A stretch of 20,000 nt of DNA from an uncultured virus (IMG/VR IMGVR_UViG_3300025853_000072) (taxonomy: Duplodnaviria > Heunggongvirae > Uroviricota > Caudoviricetes > Crassvirales), in the IMG/VR virus record IMGVR_UViG_3300025853_000072. One strand, written 5' to 3'. Below the pieces are notes generated by a model, which had not been told where the DNA came from, did not search any database, and saw nothing but the letters and a program-made list of their open reading frames with translations. How positions within the stretch are numbered: position 1 is the stretch's first letter; every line of letters starts with the position of its first letter. The position numbers and the translations under genes were made by a program. Below are positions 16,423 to 20,000 of the stretch, one piece after another.

Positions 16423-16475
16423 GATACAGACACCCCAAAGGGGTGTTTCGCCTACTCAAGGCTCATCAGTGTATC
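16423..16475 (-). ncRNA. Type I hammerhead ribozyme
   Basis: Minus strand GATACA-CTGATGA-GCCT tgagt AGGC-GAAA-CACCCC ttt GGGGTG-TC-TGTATC. All core nucleotides are present, with three perfect stems and a GUC cleavage triplet (cut between 16429 and 16428). Confidence 0.93.
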
Positions 16476-16487
16476 TGTGATTGGATA

Positions 16488-16634
16488 TTACATATCCATC
16501 AAATCCTCCAGGGTCATCTGCTCAAGGCAAGACATCTCATCCCACGTAGCCGTGGCACGGACTGATTCGAAGGAAAGGTGAGAATCGAGGAGTTCAGCAA
16601 TCAGCTGAGAACGGACATCAGTGAATGTGTTCAT
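16488..16634 (-). CDS. Hypothetical acidic 48-aa protein (alternative in-frame ATG at 16661)
   Basis: Follows a doubled leader motif. The stop is 12 nt before the ribozyme. Confidence 0.55.
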   Translation of the reverse strand: MNTFTDVRSQLIAELLDSHLSFESVRATATWDEMSCLEQMTLEDLMDM

Positions 16635-16662
16635 GATGAATTGAAGTTTGAAGTTTGACATT

Positions 16663-16725
16663 GAGAGGTTCTGTATATATACTCTCTTCACTACGTTCAG
16701 AGAGGGTATATATACTAGAACTCTC
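16663..16725 (-). repeat. Long hairpin, copy 3 of 3
   Basis: Plus strand GAGAGGTTCTGTATATATACTCTCT-TCACTACGTTC-AGAGAGGGTATATATACTAGAACTCTC. Confidence 0.8.
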
Positions 16726-16737
16726 TAGTAGTTGGGA

Positions 16738-16839
16738 TTATTGCCCTCGGCCCCTCAACAAGTTGAGAAAGGCGAGCACACAGAGAACACAGAGTGTTCC
16801 GTATACGCAGAGCATGAAGAGTTGGAGAATGATTGTCAT
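16738..16839 (-). CDS. Putative 33-aa single-TM peptide (MTIILQLFMLCVYGTLCVLCVLAFLNLLRGRGQ)
   Basis: Read by hand because it is below the track cutoff. It fills the gap, and has a hydrophobic helix with a basic C-terminus. Confidence 0.55.
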   Translation of the reverse strand: MTIILQLFMLCVYGTLCVLCVLAFLNLLRGRGQ

Positions 16840-16849
16840 CTTCGATGAA

Positions 16850-17005
16850 TTAGAGTTTTTCCATTGACATTGCTAAAGCAATGAGACCGATTTGAGTCTC
16901 GTAGAGACTTGCGTTTTCAGGTATGCTTGAATCAATTCCATTGATTTCAAGGATGTTATCGATTTCATCGATAAGACGGAGCACGAAGGAATGTTTGGTA
17001 TTCAT
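16850..17005 (-). CDS. Hypothetical 51-aa protein
   Basis: ATG at 17005 after a TTCATTGAAA leader similar to that of the 17519 gene. Confidence 0.5.
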   Translation of the reverse strand: MNTKHSFVLRLIDEIDNILEINGIDSSIPENASLYETQIGLIALAMSMEKL

Positions 17006-17015
17006 TTTCAATGAA

Positions 17016-17519
17016 TTAGATGATGAATGGAACGTCGTCGAAGCCAACTTCGTTGATTGATTGAGGAGTCGAAGACTCCATGTGGATGGCCAAGCAAGCT
17101 GTCAGGGCTTCAACCTTGGCTTCCAAAGAAGCCAACTTGTCATCCTCTGCCTTCACTTCGGCTTTCTTGGCTGCTCTCTGAGCAGCTCCTGTGTGCTCTG
17201 AGACAGCCTTGGCTGACTCAGCAGCTTCCTTAACGGAAGCCTTCGGAGCCTTCTTGGAAGGCTTGACTGGCCCAACTTCGTTGGTCTTCATCGAAGCTCT
17301 GTCCATTTGGTCTGCCACCTTCTGTGAAGGTGTTCTCTTCGCCGTCTTACGACGGCCCTTCTTGGCCTTCTTCTTGGTCGGCTTAACCTCTTCGAGGTTA
17401 TTGACGAAGTCCATAGCTTCTTGCAGAAGCTTCAGAGCCAGAGCTTTACGCTCTGAAGTAGGACGGAAGGTGGCTTGGTTCACTGCCTTACGGCAGTCTT
17501 GGAATTGGAAGTTATTCAT
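17016..17519 (-). CDS. First gene of the leftward unit: Lys/Ala-rich protein with FDDVPF-like tail
   Basis: Basic patch KPTKKKAKKGRRKTAKR, AAKKA segments, a coiled coil and C-terminal GFDDVPFII. Confidence 0.75.
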   Translation of the reverse strand: MNNFQFQDCRKAVNQATFRPTSERKALALKLLQEAMDFVNNLEEVKPTKKKAKKGRRKTAKRTPSQKVADQMDRASMKTNEVGPVKPSKKAPKASVKEAAESAKAVSEHTGAAQRAAKKAEVKAEDDKLASLEAKVEALTACLAIHMESSTPQSINEVGFDDVPFII

Positions 17520-17541
17520 TGAAAATGAATTTGAAGTTTGA

Positions 17542-17712
17542 CCTAGAACCGACTTCTCAAGGCTCTAGGAGATAGTAGTAAGGAAGAGAAGTCGTAAGAC
17601 TCCTCTTCTCTTTCTTACTACATCTCTACTCTGCCACCATCTTATTCCTTTACGAAGTAAAGTAATAGTTTGACCGAATCCTCGGTAGTGACAGGAAGCC
17701 AACAAGTTGGCT
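17542..17712 (-). ncRNA. Candidate structured 5' leader RNA
   Basis: Consecutive stems: CUGUCACU/GGUGGCAG closing two hairpins, a ~22-bp interrupted hairpin, and CCUAGAGCC/GGUUCUAGG. G-U pairs mostly favour the minus strand. Confidence 0.5.
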
Positions 17713-18201
17713 ATGTGTGCTACTGACGCAGCGCACCGCTCCGCCAATGGATTTTGATGTTGACAAAACATTCTCAATAACCCATGGTTATTGCAATTAC
17801 CAACAGCATCGAGGTTGGTAGTGTCTAGTCAGGTTGGAGTAATACTCCAAGTTGGAAAGGGAAAGGGGGTGATTGTCAACGCATTATGCCTAGGAACAAG
17901 CTGCGTACCCTTTTAGCCAGTTCTCTGTTAAACCAAAGGTTTAAGCTACAGGTCTAAAGACCTGTCGGTGAGATGGTTAGCGTCAAAAGTTACCCCACAA
18001 TCTTTGATTGTGTCGAAGGGAGGGGGGTCAGAAAACTCGTTTTCTGTGTCGAATTGGCCTCTCGTCAGATACATATAATCCCCACCCTACGTATTTCTCA
18101 CCCATTTTTCGAGGCGTGCGATCCGCTCGTCAAAGCGGGAGAGCACGTAACAGTCTCGTTAGGAAGCGGTTAAGGCTATTGATTAAAGTAACAATTCAAT
18201 C

Positions 18202-18232
18202 TTGACTTTTAAGAATTTCTGTTATACCTTTG
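18202..18232 (+). promoter_or_regulatory. Bacteroidota sigma-A promoter
   Basis: TTG (18202)-N20-TACCTTTG (18225-18232). Confidence 0.7.
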
Positions 18233-18361
18233 CTATTCTATATGGGGTGCTTTGGCGCACCCACACTAAATCAATAAGGATGTATAACTGTTCAATACAG
18301 GTTAGCTGTGTCCAGGCGTTAAGAGGCGGTTCTTGATCATCTGAGGTAAAAACAAAAGCAT

Positions 18362-18369
18362 TATATTTG
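18362..18369 (+). promoter_or_regulatory. -7 box TATATTTG directly before a start codon
   Basis: TAnnTTTG ending 4 nt before the ATG at 18374. The -33 element is weak. Confidence 0.5.
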
Positions 18370-18373
18370 CTGC

Positions 18374-19915
18374 ATGGCTAGAAAAGTAGACAAGCGGAGC
18401 CGTGCTCTCAGGCGCAACCTGAGGAAGCAGGCCCGCAAGGGGACACTCTCTGCACGTGAGCAGAAGGATCTTCTTGATCAAGAGGGTCGATTTAGAAAGG
18501 CGGCACGCCGTCGACGACCATACACACTTGGTCTCCCACTCGGGATGGGTGCAGGACTCGGTGCTGCAGCGCTGTTGGGTGGTGACATCTTCAGCAGACT
18601 GGGTGGTGCGAATAAAGAAGGTGTTCCTTCAGGGGATCCTGGGGACGTGACGGCGGGCCAGGAAAGGCCCTCCGAAACGTCTGAGCTTTTGAAGAGGTTG
18701 GAGGCGATGGGGGTAGATGCAGATCCACAAGAAACTACCAATGATGCAAAAGAAGAACCAACCTCTGAAGCAGGAGGACCTGGAGTGGGGGAGACCGCTT
18801 CTGAACCTGCATCCGATGAAGCTGCCGAAACTGCCGAAGCCGAAGAAGCGGAAGATCCTGAGGTGATCGCTGCTAGAAGAGCAGCTCTCGCCGAAGCAAT
18901 GAACGATCCAAATGCGTTGCGTACGGATGCGGCTACTGGTGAGATTCTCAATCAGGATCTTTACTTTACTCCAGAGTATACACCCTATGGAGATCCCGCA
19001 GCCATGGGAGCGACTCGGGTCTCTCCTAGAAATTTAACTCAAGATCTTCTAGAGGGGTTAAGCGGTCGTCAGATCAAGTCTATTGCAGACCTTGAAGCTA
19101 GACCACTCCCGAGTATGGGGCCATCTCTCGTCGACGGACAACAAAGACTTCTCGACTATCCTACGTACGAGGTCCCATTCAGGGAGCTTAGTCCGAAGGA
19201 GTACAGAAATCTTTCGCGTGACGAGAAGAGAGCATACAACGACGCACTGGAGGAGTACCGTTTCAGTGGTCCAGAGGTACGCGGTGCCTTCCCGTTCAGG
19301 CCTACACAGGTAGACGCGGGACCTAGCGCCGCAGAAGAAAGAAGAGAAGCGCTTCAGCCAGAGCTGGAGAGACGCAGACAGGAGAACGCTGCAGATCCTG
19401 CCTTGCGCAGTGCAAGAGAAGTGGCCTCTCAAGTTGATACACCGAATCCTCGTCGATGGAGCTACGGCAGTCCAGTCTTTAGGGAGATGTACCCTGGGGA
19501 CGAAAGAGTTGCCACTGGCAGCAGCAGAGATGAATTGATCAGAAGACGAGGCAACATGGTAGGTGCGAAAGAAGCCCTGCGTCCTGAAGAGGGCATTGGA
19601 CTCGGTGGCGCCACTGATTACACTGGAGGCTTTGATGTCGGGTCTGCCACTATGGACCCTAGAGACGGTAGAGTTGCAGCAGCCCTCGGCTTGCGTCCCA
19701 TGACAGACATGGAGAGGGTTGAGATGTTGCGCCGTGGCGTGAGCGCCAACGCGCAACGTGAAAGAGATGCCATCCTTGCGGATCAGGCTCGTAGAGCTGC
19801 AGCTGCACAGGCGGCAGGCGTGAGCGGTATCCCATACAGACAGGCCATGGGAGGAAAGAACCCATCCACTGCGAAACTCATGAAGCGCATCAAGGCTAAA
19901 TACGGAATGAAGTAA
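18374..19915 (+). CDS. Largely disordered protein, possibly virion-associated or ejected
   Basis: Arg/Lys-rich N-terminus, Gly-rich hydrophobic segment (LGLPLGMGAGLGAAALLGG), acidic low-complexity middle, no Cys. First gene of the divergent unit. Confidence 0.7.
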   Translation: MARKVDKRSRALRRNLRKQARKGTLSAREQKDLLDQEGRFRKAARRRRPYTLGLPLGMGAGLGAAALLGGDIFSRLGGANKEGVPSGDPGDVTAGQERPSETSELLKRLEAMGVDADPQETTNDAKEEPTSEAGGPGVGETASEPASDEAAETAEAEEAEDPEVIAARRAALAEAMNDPNALRTDAATGEILNQDLYFTPEYTPYGDPAAMGATRVSPRNLTQDLLEGLSGRQIKSIADLEARPLPSMGPSLVDGQQRLLDYPTYEVPFRELSPKEYRNLSRDEKRAYNDALEEYRFSGPEVRGAFPFRPTQVDAGPSAAEERREALQPELERRRQENAADPALRSAREVASQVDTPNPRRWSYGSPVFREMYPGDERVATGSSRDELIRRRGNMVGAKEALRPEEGIGLGGATDYTGGFDVGSATMDPRDGRVAAALGLRPMTDMERVEMLRRGVSANAQRERDAILADQARRAAAAQAAGVSGIPYRQAMGGKNPSTAKLMKRIKAKYGMK

Positions 19916-20000
19916 TGGCTACACTAGACGTCACAATCACAGAGTCGGTTACACTCAACGGAAAGGATCGAGGATCGGAGAACTTCCTGTCCATCACCTC
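19915..20000 (+). CDS. Partial CDS (MATLDVTITESVTLNGKDRGSENFLSIT...), putative structural protein
   Basis: TAATG overlap with the upstream stop. Open to the window end and beta-strand/Thr-rich. Confidence 0.6.
   Translation, partial: MATLDVTITESVTLNGKDRGSENFLSIT

Noticed and set aside
16404..16433. GTG start at 16433 given by the ORF track
   Set aside because: It lies in hammerhead stem III, upstream of the cleavage site. The ATG at 16403 follows the shared leader motif.
14810..17541. CRISPR or mini-array interpretation of the repeated motifs
   Set aside because: The repeats are 11-27 nt, irregularly spaced by hundreds of bases and separated by ORFs. No cas genes are present.
17565..18205. 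Short ORFs in the divergence region
   Set aside because: Non-ATG or poorly supported starts, atypical composition, and overlap with hairpin-rich sequence.
4300..19756. Long antisense or alternate-frame ORFs (e.g. 4300-4785+, 12050-12583+, 15026-15403+, 18478-18951-, 19058-19756-)
   Set aside because: They are shadows of better-supported genes or structured regions, with no recognisable motifs.

Overview
This window is a segment of a dsDNA tailed phage genome with a probable Bacteroidota host, inferred from a T9SS sorting tail and TTG-N20-TAnnTTTG promoters. It has four parts. (1) 1-3198 (+) is a cell-envelope cassette: a Cys-rich repeat protein with a type IX secretion C-terminal domain, a predicted outer-membrane beta-barrel, a small membrane protein and an exported CxxC-less thioredoxin-fold protein. 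(2) 3282-11689 (-) is a replication, recombination and nucleotide module: class I RNR alpha and beta (beta carries class Id signature residues), two PD-(D/E)XK nucleases, a primase-SF4 helicase fusion, a DUF1599-like protein, an SSB-like protein, a RecE-like exonuclease, an annealing protein and a DnaA domain IV-like HTH. (3) 11.7-17.5 kb (-) is an early region of small unknown ORFs whose intergenic spaces are rich in RNA structure: a canonical type I hammerhead ribozyme (16423-16475), a tRNA-like mini-element, a terminator/antiterminator pair, three related long hairpins and a repeated TCAAACTTCAA leader motif lying just downstream of these structures. (4) About 850 bp of hairpin-rich non-coding DNA precedes the divergent (+) putative virion genes starting at 18374. 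The strongest novel signal is the ribozyme together with the apparent multi-mechanism processing or regulation of the early transcript.
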